Virus genome (UHGV): UHGV-0103780
Direction: 5' to 3' (one strand)
Source of the DNA: a virus
Length of the DNA: 49,301 nt
Position 1 is the first letter of the stretch, and each line of letters opens with the position of its first letter. A model generated the notes under the pieces. The model was not told the DNA's origin. It ran no database searches and saw only the letters and a program-made list of their open reading frames with translations. Position numbers and translations under genes: made by a program. Shown piece after piece: positions 1 to 10,777 of the stretch.

Positions 1-420
1 CGTTAGCCAGGTCATATGCAGCCTTGACAGCTTTCGGTGTGGCGGCCAGCACTTCAGACGTGCTGTTAGTGGCACTACTGAGCTGAGTGATGCCTTTCGC
101 TGTCAATGAAGCTGTTGGCACACCAGTGATCTGATTCCAGGGATGTGTATGACTGGATGGTGCCTTTCCGGCTGCTAGATCGTATGCAGCTTTAACCGCT
201 TTTGGAGTTGCAGCTAATGTTTCAGAAGTGCTGTTAGTGTCGCTACTGAGCTGAACTATCCCTTTTTGTGTCGTGGTTGCATCCTGGGCTGTATACTTCC
301 CGTTAGCCAGGTCATATGCAGCCTTGACAGCTTTCGGTGTGGCGGCCAGCACTTCGGACGTACTGTTAGTGGCACTACTGAGCTGAACTAATCCCTTTTG
401 CGTTGTGCTTGCATCCTGCG
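1..420. repeat. intragenic tandem repeats inside the tail fibre gene
   Basis: Positions 1-60 are nearly identical to 301-360; 181-300 is a diverged copy; they encode the repeated tail-fibre peptide unit. Confidence 0.8.
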
Positions 421-1051
421 CCGTATACTTGCTTTTCGCCAGATCGTAGGCTTTTTTAACTGCCAGCGAACTCGCAGCAACATCACTTCTGGTACTGGTT
501 ACAGAGTCTGAAATATCAATGCCGATCGTGCGGTTGATACGCTCGGATGTATCAATCATCTCTTGAGTAATGGTAGATACGCCAGCAGGGATATTCACCG
601 TACAAACCAGCAGTTCCCCATCACCTAACTGATATGAATCGGTATAGGTTCTGGCAACAAATTCAGCTGCATGAATATGTGACGCGGTATTCACCTGATA
701 GGTATCTTCTCCAAGAAGGTATCTTCCCTTCAGCACAATTGCATATTTCTTGCCTGCGTTAAGTGCAAGAGAGATATCCTTACGATGCTGAATAGTTACC
801 TGGTAGAATTCACCAATATCCACTGACGCCGCGCCAGCGGTTTTATCTCCATCCACTGAGGTGATTAACAGGTTCATTCCACCGCCAGGCTTAGGCAAGA
901 AACCAGCATAAAATCCCGGGTCAACAATTCCCCTGAATTTTCGGTTTAGAGCGGCTGACAGATATGGTTCGTGGTATTGCACATCAGCCACCAGAGCCAA
1001 CGACTCGGGTGATGGGTAAGTAACCGATGTAACAACTGTAACGTCATTCAT
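1..1051 (-). CDS. tail fibre protein, N-terminal portion (3' end lies beyond window start)
   Basis: Minus-strand frame opens at ATG (complement of 1049-1051) and stays open where checked; translation MNDVTVVTSVTYPSPESLALVADVQYHEPYLSAALNRKF... ends in tandem KAAYDLA-GKYTAQDA-TTQKG-VQLSS-TNSTSE-LAATPKAV units typical of phage tail fibres. Not in ORF track because it runs off the edge. Confidence 0.7.
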   Translation of the reverse strand, partial: MNDVTVVTSVTYPSPESLALVADVQYHEPYLSAALNRKFRGIVDPGFYAGFLPKPGGGMNLLITSVDGDKTAGAASVDIGEFYQVTIQHRKDISLALNAGKKYAIVLKGRYLLGEDTYQVNTASHIHAAEFVARTYTDSYQLGDGELLVCTVNIPAGVSTITQEMIDTSERINRTIGIDISDSVTSTRSDVAASSLAVKKAYDLAKSKYTAQDASTTQKGLVQLSSATNSTSEVLAATPKAVKAAYDLANGKYTAQDATTTQKGIVQLSSDTNSTSETLAATPKAVKAAYDLAAGKAPSSHTHPWNQITGVPTASLTAKGITQLSSATNSTSEVLAATPKAVKAAYDLAN

Positions 1052-1062
1052 CAAGCATATCC

Positions 1063-1497
1063 TTATGCTGTAGTCGAGTTTATGGCCATAACTGCGGTAT
1101 ATGTTTTGCCCACATACAGCGAGTCTTCTTGGACACAAATAATGGCGATTGGCTTATTCTCGTTATCCAGAACAACCAGAGTGTTGAATGGGTAGTTTTT
1201 CCCTTCCTGCAACTGACTTTGATCAAGGTCCATTCGGACAGTAATTATCCCGCCTGAGTAGGTTGGGACGAGGTTGATGGTGCAAAATTGACTGGTCAGT
1301 TCTGCCAGATCGAAAGCCTTTGGCAGTTCTCCAATCTCATAAGTGCCATCTCCTTTCTTAGTAACCAGTGAACTGGTACCGAAAACGGCCTTGCTGATTA
1401 AAAATCGAGAGCCTTTGTTAATGGACGATTCAGCGCGCCGCTGATAGTAATAGTCCAACAACTGACTCTTATAGAGGTTTGTTGAGACGTCAGACAT
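1063..1497 (-). CDS. tail-fibre-associated protein (P1 gpR-like position), 144 aa
   Basis: ORF ends 12 bp upstream of the tail fibre ATG, same strand, last gene of the baseplate operon; function from position only. Confidence 0.55.
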   Translation of the reverse strand: MSDVSTNLYKSQLLDYYYQRRAESSINKGSRFLISKAVFGTSSLVTKKGDGTYEIGELPKAFDLAELTSQFCTINLVPTYSGGIITVRMDLDQSQLQEGKNYPFNTLVVLDNENKPIAIICVQEDSLYVGKTYTAVMAINSTTA

Positions 1498-1575
1498 GAT
1501 TTTCCCTAATCAATGTTGTGAAGCCTCATTGTAAGATAAGTAACTTGTCACCCCGCCCTGCGGACGGGGTGATTG

Positions 1576-2415
1576 TCACGCATCGCTATCCAACAGCAAA
1601 TCATCTGCGCGGGTGCGATCAAACGTAGGCGTTGCTTTCACAATAGTGCCGCCCGGCGTTGCAGTGATCGGGGCGTTAATCGACGTAACTTCAGTAAGCG
1701 AAGTTGTATCCGAAGTTTCAAACCAGCAGAATGCTTTTTCGGTATCAGAAATCTCATTCAAAGTGATCATGTCGGCCTGTTCATTTACAACAACCGACAA
1801 ATAGAGCGTAAGCCCATCAAACACTATATGCAGTGGCAGTAGAGGCTTTACGAACTGATTAAACTTTCTGAGAATTTCTTCTGTAATTGCGGACTGATCT
1901 ATCGTTCCAGTAATACCCATTGTCCGGGCCAAGTCGTTTATGGGAATACTGATCATTCCTCTGGAAGTCAGAAACATCTCGCCGAATGTGCCGCCGGTGG
2001 TTTCCAGTGTGCTTTCTGGAATCAGGACCGTGCCATAGGGATGACGTTCAAAGTCCACCGGAGCATATATGGGATCCCATAAAACCGATATACCGTTAAA
2101 TTCGCGATAAATTGTCTGGTTTATAGGGCGTTCAGTACCCTTAAAATGGATCTCATCAAACCGCTGTTGTAACAACATCGGAACGGAAGATGAATTCGAC
2201 GTTCTGATAGTAAAAAACTGGCCAAGTTCATTTGTCCTAGTCTCCAGATCCTCCTTGCTCATGGAGAAAATAGACTTCCGGTTGGTAATTCGCTCCAACC
2301 ATGGGTCAACAAAGGTGTCCATCATTGACTGAACCAAATCAGCCAATGATTTATAAAGTAATGACTTTTGCTTAGCTGATGTAAGCCGGTTATTAAACCA
2401 GGAACGCTGCATCAC
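1576..2415 (-). CDS. baseplate protein (Mu gp48 / P2 gpI-like position), 279 aa
   Basis: ATGA overlap with the upstream 477-aa gene (2412-2415); part of a W-J-I-like baseplate gene order. Confidence 0.6.
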   Translation of the reverse strand: MMQRSWFNNRLTSAKQKSLLYKSLADLVQSMMDTFVDPWLERITNRKSIFSMSKEDLETRTNELGQFFTIRTSNSSSVPMLLQQRFDEIHFKGTERPINQTIYREFNGISVLWDPIYAPVDFERHPYGTVLIPESTLETTGGTFGEMFLTSRGMISIPINDLARTMGITGTIDQSAITEEILRKFNQFVKPLLPLHIVFDGLTLYLSVVVNEQADMITLNEISDTEKAFCWFETSDTTSLTEVTSINAPITATPGGTIVKATPTFDRTRADDLLLDSDA

Positions 2416-3845
2416 TCCTCCTCATACGAAATATTAAAGGTGGAGTTTTCTGTATCCAGATAAACGAAATCGTAAAAGCCGTTGGACTCATTCCACTCGA
2501 CAAATTCCAGATAAAAGTCGCGGAAATAACCCAGCGTTTCGATAAATGCCCAAACGTCTTTTTTCTTGATTAGGATGTACTTGCCGACACGGTTCGGATC
2601 AAAGAAAGTTGAGTCACGCCCAAATTTTGTTTCCAGTGCCGACTTCAGCTCATCAGTCACGTTCTCAATGGTCAGGCTTGCCGATATCCGCCCAGTGATG
2701 GTGATCTTAAAGGGTAGTTTTCTGACCTCTTTATACGAGAATTTCTTGTTCAACTCATTCGGCACCTTCTTAAAGGCAGCCAGGATCATTTCTTCAAGCT
2801 CTGACTGGCTTTTGTTTGGATGCCATCCTGAAATAAATATCTTATTGATATTCCGAACATTATAAGCACCATCTAATTTCTCTTGCTGGCCTTCGCCCCA
2901 TGCCTTTACCCAGGACAGTCCCGGGATGTTACGCACCAGAAAATACGTATAGTCCCCGCCCCATACGACCTGATCATCATAGGCAAGGTAATATTGTGCA
3001 CGATTACGTGTGATCTCCGTTGTTTCGGCATCGGTACCTGCGGTTATGGGTGTCGTTGTCTTAACTGAAATCAAATTAGCTAAATTAGCCGCAGAATCGA
3101 CAGGAGTCAGGTTTTGGCCAGCAACCAGGGTTATATCTCCGTTGGTGCACCATACCTTAAGTGTAATGGTCGAGCCTTCTGGCGGTATTTGCCCAATTAG
3201 CCCATCACCGAATCGAACCCCCAACTGCTCGGATGGCTTATAAAACTCAACGTAGACCTGGCTTTTACTACCGGCTAACCGGAACATAGTGCTGGAAGAC
3301 CACTGCGTGGTCTTACCATCGGTCGTCACGAATACTTCCAGCTTATAGCAGACAGCAGTGAGAGCCTTTGATAACACGACTTCCAGAAATTCTTTGGCTG
3401 CCGTAACGGTATATGTCACCTCCTGGATTTCCAACTGTGCCACTTCTACCGTACCGGTGCCGTCAACCAACCTGCATACATCCATAGTCATGTAAGGGTA
3501 CTGGTCGTCAGATATTAAAGGCATGTTTTTGGGGATTACCGCTGGGGCATCTTCACTTGTGGCAGTGATCTCAATCATCCCCGATGACGGTGTTGGCTTG
3601 GTACCAACGTAACTATTCGTTTCTGCTGCTGCCAGGATAGAGGAACGCCGCGTCGCGGTCGATATAAAGCCTTCAGCCAGCGCCGCATCGGCATACTGAA
3701 AGCACCTGTAGACAATCTGGGTAATAAACAATGTCAGCATCGAGACAAATTGAGAGCCGACAAACTTCGACCAGAATGAATCTTTCTCGACAAGCTCTTC
3801 AAACTCTGCACGAATACTGTCTTTAGTCGGTGTTGTTTTACTCAT
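2412..3845 (-). CDS. baseplate J-like protein, 477 aa
   Basis: Size and position between a W-like and an I-like gene; translationally coupled at both ends (overlaps 3842-3845 and 2412-2415). Confidence 0.6.
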   Translation of the reverse strand: MSKTTPTKDSIRAEFEELVEKDSFWSKFVGSQFVSMLTLFITQIVYRCFQYADAALAEGFISTATRRSSILAAAETNSYVGTKPTPSSGMIEITATSEDAPAVIPKNMPLISDDQYPYMTMDVCRLVDGTGTVEVAQLEIQEVTYTVTAAKEFLEVVLSKALTAVCYKLEVFVTTDGKTTQWSSSTMFRLAGSKSQVYVEFYKPSEQLGVRFGDGLIGQIPPEGSTITLKVWCTNGDITLVAGQNLTPVDSAANLANLISVKTTTPITAGTDAETTEITRNRAQYYLAYDDQVVWGGDYTYFLVRNIPGLSWVKAWGEGQQEKLDGAYNVRNINKIFISGWHPNKSQSELEEMILAAFKKVPNELNKKFSYKEVRKLPFKITITGRISASLTIENVTDELKSALETKFGRDSTFFDPNRVGKYILIKKKDVWAFIETLGYFRDFYLEFVEWNESNGFYDFVYLDTENSTFNISYEEE

Positions 3846-4201
3846 AGCACCACGTCCTGTGTGATAGTTATATCCCTGATACGAATGGATATTTTCAACT
3901 TATCAAAAGCATCTCCCTCGGCTACTGACAAGCCAGAAATCGGTATGTCGGGTAAATCTACCGTCAGTTTTTGCAAAAGCATTGCCTCAACCGCAATTTG
4001 AACATGCGACAAGTTGGTCGGTTCGTGTTTAAACTGCGGTAAAACATTGCCCCATGACGGATCTCCGTATACCTCACCCTGATAAGTGTTTAGCCACTCA
4101 TATAAACGAGCGCCCCAGGCCTCCTCCTGGGACTCATACGTTTTTACGCCGGATAACTCCAGCGTCAGTAAAGGATCAATTTCATTATTGTTGGCCATCA
4201 A
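3842..4201 (-). CDS. baseplate wedge protein (GPW/gp25-like), 119 aa
   Basis: Small acidic protein directly downstream of the Sit-like gene with a 4-bp overlap (4198-4201); standard position of a W-like subunit. Confidence 0.55.
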   Translation of the reverse strand: MMANNNEIDPLLTLELSGVKTYESQEEAWGARLYEWLNTYQGEVYGDPSWGNVLPQFKHEPTNLSHVQIAVEAMLLQKLTVDLPDIPISGLSVAEGDAFDKLKISIRIRDITITQDVVL

Positions 4202-7200
4202 TCAACTCTCGCGTAGTCATTCATCAACGGATCATCAATTGACAGTGGCACCGTGCGCATAACGCCCGGTTGAGGCGTGCTGACCTTTACGACAGTTCCC
4301 TGGCCTTTCGCCGAGTCTTTAGTGTGCTCTTCAATCCTGGCAAGCAATGAGGTCATCTGCGCAAACAGCCGCTTCGTTTCACCATCAAGTGAAACGGTAT
4401 TATCAGCCAACTGCATTGTCGGCTTGGCACCGGAGCCGCCAAGGTCACTAATAACCTGTCCGTCTATCTGCATACGACCGGTTGGTTGCTGCAAATCGTT
4501 GGCGGCAGTCGTCACCTGGGACGTGGAGGCTGGTTCAGGCGCATTATTTTTCCGCATCCCCGGCGAGTTGCGGAGTTTATCGAATAGTCCATCAATCCCC
4601 ATTTGTGCGCCGAGTTGGTCAAAGTAACTTGAGTTGCTGGCCACCGGACGCGCCTCTTCAACTGGCATCGGAGTATCAACATACACATTGCCAGCTGCTG
4701 TTGCGGTCCCCTTCCCTCGTGCACGTTCTTCGAGCGTTCCCTGAACGACTTCCCGACGCATACCCCGGCCATTCATGAATTTGTTGACCAGATCGTTAAC
4801 GCCAACAGCATTGCCGATTTTGTCTACCAGACCGCCTTTCTCAAACGGGCTATCACCAGGGGTAAACGCCAGACCAGTAGACTGATCGATAACGGCGTTA
4901 TCAGGCAGTGGTCCCCTCACTCCATATTGCGCCCCACCCTGTGCTCCTGCCCCAGGTGTATAGATTTCACCACCTAAATAGCGAGCACGATGAGTATTGA
5001 CCTTGATCGCGTACTCACGGTTTTCCTTCGATAAGTCACCGGTGCCTTTTTTCCACTTATTAATAGTGCCAAACCCAGCGTTATATGCAGTGATGGCCTC
5101 GTTTAAGTCTCCATTGGCTTGCTTCAGATACTTGCTCATGAGAAGAGCCGCAGCTTCTGCCGATTTCACAGGATCAAACGATTCACCTTCAGCTAAGCCA
5201 GTCTCTTCACGAGCAATGCCCGTGAACTGAAACATCCCCAGAGCACCAGTTTGGGATTTTGCGTATGGATTACCACCAGATTCAGTTGCAGCAATCGCGT
5301 AAAGAGTGCCTTCAGGAAGACCATATTTATTCTCTAGTTCAGCAAAATACGGAGCTAACTTATCGAGATTTGCCTTACCTTCAGCGCCAAGGCTTCCGAC
5401 TTTTACATCTAAGTTGCCATTATTGTAGGTATCAGCAGCTTTCTGAATGTCATTCCCAGTGCCGGTGGTATTACGCGACGATGATGACGAGCTATTTTGT
5501 CCAATAGCTGAATCAATTTTCCGCACCGCGCTATTGCCCGTTTCTACGGCATTTGCATTGATAATCTGATTGGCAGTTTCTTTAACTGTTTTATTGCTAT
5601 CTTTCGCCGTGTCCAGTGCCGCATTTATCACGCGGGTAGCAATATTAGTCTGTTTAGCATCGGATTCAGTTTTAGAATCAGATGTCTCCTGGTGGCTATT
5701 AACCGGAGCTTTTAACTCTGGAGTGATTTCTTTTGCATTAGCCTCGCCGATCGGATTGGGTATTTTTGATACAATCATTGCCGCAGGGGTATTTTTAACG
5801 GCATCAACCGCTGCATCTAATGCTTTACCGGGTAAATTTTTAACCCCATCCCAAATATTACCAGCCGCCTCTTTAATGTGTTTCCCTGGGTTCTTAATGA
5901 AGTCAATTGCACTATCAATTGCATCACTGAAAACCTGTTTCAGGTTATCGACAGTAAAGAAGTCTTTTATGGCATCCAGCTTTTCAAGCAACTTATTAGA
6001 TGTATCGCTAAACCATGCTGAAACAGCATCACCAATCTTTGCTGTGTAATCATCGAACCTGGTAGAAATGGTGTCGCCAAGGTTAGAAATATATGTTTCT
6101 AAGTTGGTAACCCCGCTATCAATGGCCTGGGCAATACTTTCCGTCGAAAATGATTGCAACATATTGCCGATATCCTCAAATCCAAGTGATTTGAGAACAT
6201 CACCAATAGCACTGCTTATACCAGATACCAGTCCCCCCAAATCAAGAACATTGGCTAACGTATAAGCGGCTTTTTGCTGGAATGATGGATCTTGTCCTGA
6301 TTTAAGCCCAAACGCTCGACGTTGCGCTTCTGTATCATTCCAACCGGTTACCGCATCATAAATACCTCCAGCCACTGTGCCGACTAGGGGAATTGCGCGT
6401 AACGCCCCTTTACCAACTGCCTTTAATCCAAGTTTACCTGCTGCCCGGGCAGCCAAATCTCCGCCTTCATGAGCGAGAGTCTTCTTGCCACCACCGCGTA
6501 GCATTCCTACAAGTTTCTTTGCCCCCAGAGCGCCAAAAGCGAGTGCTCCAGCTTTTTTCAACATGCCACGCCCCATTAACAACGACGCGACGCCACCGGC
6601 CCCCTTCCCTAACAGGCTAAATAGTTTGGACAGCAAGCCGCCCTTCTTTTTACCGGTGTTTTTGGCTATCTGATCAAGGGCGCGGAGAATCTTGTCATTG
6701 CCCTCTTTAATTTCGCTGGTCTGCTCCTGAAGTTCCTGAACCGTCCGTTTTTGGGTGTTAACCTGAACGACATCGGCACTATTTTGCGATTTACGCCTAA
6801 AAAAACCTTTTCTACGGCTGTTATCGTCATTGCCACGAATCACATCGGCAATAGACTTTCTGGCACCATTAAGCGATCCACCAACTTCTTTTGATATCCC
6901 GCCAAGCTCCTTCCCTGCTGCCCACAATGGACCAGCAACGGCATAACCTAACGCATCGACGGCACGAGTCTCTGAAGGGTTACCTATGCCTTCAGCTACT
7001 TTTGACAGTTTTTTTAATAAACCTGCTTCAGCATTTAGACGCTCATCATCCTCTTTGAGCCTGGCCTTTTCAGCACGTTCAGCACGGGCATCTTCCGCTG
7101 CGGCCTTACTCCCTGACTTTCCAATAAAACGACCACGCGCATCGCGTTGGTTTTGGCTTTTTTGCGCACCGCCTTTTTGACCGAACATTTCGCGAGCGTG

Positions 7201-7590
7201 TTCGGCTGCTTCGGTCCGTTGCGCCTTTACATCTTCTGTTATAGCCTTCTTGCGTCGTTTTTTACGCTTTCGCGTAGTTGATTTGGCCTGCGGTTCCTGT
7301 TGAGCAACATCTTCCTGAACTACACGAGAAACGTCCCCTAAATTAAGCCGTTTCATTGCCTCAACAATAGGGTCCACTGATGGCGCATTGGCCACAAAGT
7401 CTGGCCGGGAATTTTCGATTGTGCGATTTAATGCCGACACACTGCGAGAGACAGGATCAACAGTTGCAACGCGTCCCCCTTTCAAATCTTCAACAGCTTC
7501 CCGGATACCTGCAAGCTCTTCCAGCTCTTTTGCACTGGCGGTTTCAACTGTCCTTATAACATCGTCAATGTTGGCGTTTTTTCTTTCCAT
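4198..7590 (-). CDS. sit: structural injection transglycosylase / tape-measure-like protein (P1 Sit-like), 1130 aa
   Basis: Soluble lytic transglycosylase motif (ESGGNPYAKSQTGALGMFQFTGIAREETGL), long Ala/Gly/Lys-rich regions with a hydrophobic Gly-rich segment; size close to P1 Sit as recalled. Confidence 0.8.
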   Translation of the reverse strand: MERKNANIDDVIRTVETASAKELEELAGIREAVEDLKGGRVATVDPVSRSVSALNRTIENSRPDFVANAPSVDPIVEAMKRLNLGDVSRVVQEDVAQQEPQAKSTTRKRKKRRKKAITEDVKAQRTEAAEHAREMFGQKGGAQKSQNQRDARGRFIGKSGSKAAAEDARAERAEKARLKEDDERLNAEAGLLKKLSKVAEGIGNPSETRAVDALGYAVAGPLWAAGKELGGISKEVGGSLNGARKSIADVIRGNDDNSRRKGFFRRKSQNSADVVQVNTQKRTVQELQEQTSEIKEGNDKILRALDQIAKNTGKKKGGLLSKLFSLLGKGAGGVASLLMGRGMLKKAGALAFGALGAKKLVGMLRGGGKKTLAHEGGDLAARAAGKLGLKAVGKGALRAIPLVGTVAGGIYDAVTGWNDTEAQRRAFGLKSGQDPSFQQKAAYTLANVLDLGGLVSGISSAIGDVLKSLGFEDIGNMLQSFSTESIAQAIDSGVTNLETYISNLGDTISTRFDDYTAKIGDAVSAWFSDTSNKLLEKLDAIKDFFTVDNLKQVFSDAIDSAIDFIKNPGKHIKEAAGNIWDGVKNLPGKALDAAVDAVKNTPAAMIVSKIPNPIGEANAKEITPELKAPVNSHQETSDSKTESDAKQTNIATRVINAALDTAKDSNKTVKETANQIINANAVETGNSAVRKIDSAIGQNSSSSSSRNTTGTGNDIQKAADTYNNGNLDVKVGSLGAEGKANLDKLAPYFAELENKYGLPEGTLYAIAATESGGNPYAKSQTGALGMFQFTGIAREETGLAEGESFDPVKSAEAAALLMSKYLKQANGDLNEAITAYNAGFGTINKWKKGTGDLSKENREYAIKVNTHRARYLGGEIYTPGAGAQGGAQYGVRGPLPDNAVIDQSTGLAFTPGDSPFEKGGLVDKIGNAVGVNDLVNKFMNGRGMRREVVQGTLEERARGKGTATAAGNVYVDTPMPVEEARPVASNSSYFDQLGAQMGIDGLFDKLRNSPGMRKNNAPEPASTSQVTTAANDLQQPTGRMQIDGQVISDLGGSGAKPTMQLADNTVSLDGETKRLFAQMTSLLARIEEHTKDSAKGQGTVVKVSTPQPGVMRTVPLSIDDPLMNDYARVD

Positions 7591-7671
7591 GATCTTATCG
7601 CCTACCGTTTCGGTTTAAGTTTTTCTTCCAGTTTCTCCAACAGGAAAAACGCATAGGATTCAGTAAGCCTT

Positions 7672-8553
7672 TCAGCGTCCTGAATCGGTATACCCCCATA
7701 CAAAACCAGGTTGGACACTAAGGTCTGATAGCTTTTCAATCCCCACCTGTGGAATGAAGTCGGTAGCCCGAAAGGGCACCCACAGACGGGTATACGCACC
7801 CTCTGTGGACTCCTTTTTATCCTGATTTGGGCATTTATGCGGCGGGAGACGAAGACGCATTTCACCTTTATCGATGTAGCACGGTAAACCATGTTCGAGC
7901 TTTTCATGAGCCAGTCGGATGTGTGCCGCCAGCTTCATAAATTCAGTATCAATGGCCATCCGTTTAATCGTTTCATAACGACGCTCAGCCTGATCTTCAC
8001 GAGTACCGCTAACATCGTTATAAAGCTCACACTGATAAGCGAATTCCCAAAAACGCAAATCAACGATCGCTTCTTTGAATTCCGCGTCGTCTTCAGGTGG
8101 CAATGCTGCACGGCGCATCTCCAGCATTTCCATTGCCCAACCATCAAGCGGCACGATACGCCATTGATAAGGTACTCCCTCTACAGACACCTCAATATCG
8201 TCAATGAAAGGTTCCACTTCCAGGACCTGGATATCTTCAGCCAGAGCATTCATATCGCAATCGTAATAATGCTCTTTACCGCAATGTTTACAGGTGTAAG
8301 TGAATGTCTCGACCGGTGTTTCACGGGAGCCGGTAAATATCCACCATAACGCGGTAATCCGGTCCTGCGCCGTCCATGTCAGGGGATCATGTTTCGCGGG
8401 TTCAGCCAGCAAGGCTTTTAAATACGCCGTTGTCTGTTGTTCTTGTTCCTCCGGTGTTATCGAGTTGAAACGCATCGCATCAGCAATATTTGGCTGACGG
8501 AACTGGATCAATTCAGTTGGCCGCGATGGTAGCGGGAAAAGGGGTAAAAGCAT
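7672..8553 (-). CDS. hypothetical late protein (P1 pmgB-like position), 293 aa
   Basis: ORF upstream of sit in the same leftward operon; Cys/His cluster CKHCGKEHYYDCD. Confidence 0.55.
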   Translation of the reverse strand: MLLPLFPLPSRPTELIQFRQPNIADAMRFNSITPEEQEQQTTAYLKALLAEPAKHDPLTWTAQDRITALWWIFTGSRETPVETFTYTCKHCGKEHYYDCDMNALAEDIQVLEVEPFIDDIEVSVEGVPYQWRIVPLDGWAMEMLEMRRAALPPEDDAEFKEAIVDLRFWEFAYQCELYNDVSGTREDQAERRYETIKRMAIDTEFMKLAAHIRLAHEKLEHGLPCYIDKGEMRLRLPPHKCPNQDKKESTEGAYTRLWVPFRATDFIPQVGIEKLSDLSVQPGFVWGYTDSGR

Positions 8554-8567
8554 CCTTGCTCCTTAAT

Positions 8568-9179
8568 TCAAAGAGAAAAACTAAAGCCCAGAAGGGAAGC
8601 CAAAGAACTTGAGGATTGGTTAAACGTGCTGTGCAATGCGAAGGTCATTGGGAATGACTTAAATTCCGTAACCTGATCCCGCGCATAGGTGACATCGCCG
8701 GTAGTGACCGGGAATACAGTCATCTCATTTTCCAGTTTGGTTAAGCCGGAAGACAGCAACCGATAAATACGCACATTGAGCAAATATTTAGACGGTATAT
8801 TCCCGGTACCGTCTGGATTAATCACCCGACTTTTTGCCGTCTTAAACCAGTCCAAAACGAGGCCATCAACGGTATCCCTGACCATCATTGTTATCTGCCC
8901 TGGCGAACGCTCCGTTGGTTGAAGGATATTCCCTCCGCCGATTTTAATCGTTTCATATTCGATGCTGTAATCGTGGTAGGTAATGTCTTTAGCAAAGAAG
9001 TCTGCCCCCTCCAGACCATCAACTTCGACAGAGAACTGCCATCCTTGCGCGAACAGCATTTTGTTCATGATGATTGACGTCAGCTTACCAACTTCCCGCT
9101 CACCAACGCCGGAGCCAAATAATGTCGTCGTTAATGCCGAAGATACATAAGACTTTACTGAAGCAACATTAAGCCCCAT
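8568..9179 (-). CDS. putative tail tube protein (P1 Tub-like), 203 aa
   Basis: About 22 kDa, in the late operon between pmgA-like and pmgB-like genes; assignment by position and size only. Confidence 0.45.
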   Translation of the reverse strand: MGLNVASVKSYVSSALTTTLFGSGVGEREVGKLTSIIMNKMLFAQGWQFSVEVDGLEGADFFAKDITYHDYSIEYETIKIGGGNILQPTERSPGQITMMVRDTVDGLVLDWFKTAKSRVINPDGTGNIPSKYLLNVRIYRLLSSGLTKLENEMTVFPVTTGDVTYARDQVTEFKSFPMTFALHSTFNQSSSSLASLLGFSFSL

Positions 9180-9189
9180 ATCAGCCCCC

Positions 9190-9780
<591 letters not shown>

Positions 9781-9787
9781 TTAACCG

Positions 9788-9809
9788 ATTCTACGAGTAG
9801 TCATTTGTT
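9788..9809 (-). promoter_or_regulatory. candidate late promoter (minus-strand sense AACAAATGACTA-N4-TAGAAT)
   Basis: Same motif and spacing recur at 20871-20892 and 41483-41504, each 25-35 bp upstream of the first ATG of a leftward structural operon. Confidence 0.5.
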
Positions 9810-9904
9810 CATTGAGTAGGAATATTGTTGTCTGGGGGGTAATCAGTGTAGGTGGAATGAGGGATATGATATGGTTATCACATAATCAGGTTGTTTTGAG
9901 TAAA

Positions 9905-9937
9905 ACAATAAAACGCCCTTTAATGGGCGTTTTTTTA
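9905..9937 (-). terminator. rho-independent terminator (bidirectional-looking)
   Basis: Hairpin CGCCC-tttaat-GGGCG flanked by an A-run and a T-run, just downstream of the sim-like operon. Confidence 0.6.
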
Positions 9938-9964
9938 AACTTAAATTGACTATCCTTTCAAATA

Positions 9965-10777
9965 CTATTTTAATTCTATGTAATTTTTAAATTCTCCCTC
10001 ATATTTATACATGATGCTATCAAATCCTTCCATTACATCAACGAATTGTTGTGAACATTCCGGCTTCCAAGGCGTACACTTACGAACCATATCCATTTTT
10101 TTCTTATCCTTCGTTGTATCGACTAAGGATAGGTACCCTATAAAATTCATCATCTGAACAGGATCTTGATTTGTGAATATATATTTGACGTTTTGCTTAG
10201 TAGGCGAAAAAGAATCAAAAGCAGGGAACATATATTCACCAGAAAAAGAGAGTGCAGCATCAATGACGTCTGTTGCAGGAGTGCAGTTGCTCAGAATTGG
10301 CACTAAGCTAAAATTAGCACCTGAGCACACTGCATATATATCATCCCCTTTTTTTAGTTTTAACAGAGAGTCTTGCTTTGAATCCAATATTTTCAATTTG
10401 ATATAATTTAGTGGCGTTGCATTTTCCCCTGGAGTAAATAACTCTACAATTGGTTTATTATTCACCATTCTTATGGATTTTATTTCACCATGCACAATTG
10501 GAATTGTGTTCCATTTTTCCTGAGCAGCAAATTCATTATCTTTAAAATCATTAACCAACTCAGATGGCAAATGATAACCAAATTGATTGTTCATTGCTTT
10601 CGAAGCAAATCCAGACAAATAGAATGCCCTTACTAAATCATAATCTTTCTTTGAGGTAGAAAGCCAATCTGGCAATTTATTATCAGCTATCGCGCTTCCA
10701 GCAAAAATAGCACAACAAAATGTTATTACATTAAATAATTTCATTTTCCATTCACTCATTAATCGGTTTAAACTCAC
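9965..10777 (-). CDS. simC: secreted protein, SimC-like superinfection-exclusion candidate, 270 aa
   Basis: N-terminal signal peptide (MKLFNVITFCCAIFAGSAIA); sits immediately upstream of the immI (c4-icd-ant) region as sim does in P1. True start may be the internal Met near 10744. Symbol is by position and size. Confidence 0.45.
   Translation of the reverse strand: MSLNRLMSEWKMKLFNVITFCCAIFAGSAIADNKLPDWLSTSKKDYDLVRAFYLSGFASKAMNNQFGYHLPSELVNDFKDNEFAAQEKWNTIPIVHGEIKSIRMVNNKPIVELFTPGENATPLNYIKLKILDSKQDSLLKLKKGDDIYAVCSGANFSLVPILSNCTPATDVIDAALSFSGEYMFPAFDSFSPTKQNVKYIFTNQDPVQMMNFIGYLSLVDTTKDKKKMDMVRKCTPWKPECSQQFVDVMEGFDSIMYKYEGEFKNYIELK

Noticed and set aside
5570-6049. 159-aa plus-strand ORF, and other plus-strand ORFs between 4277 and 7618
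   Set aside because: All lie antisense within the 1130-aa Sit-like gene and are hydrophobic or low-complexity mirror-frame artefacts.
7602-7907. 101-aa minus-strand ORF
   Set aside because: Overlaps the 3' part of the 293-aa pmgB-like gene in another frame.
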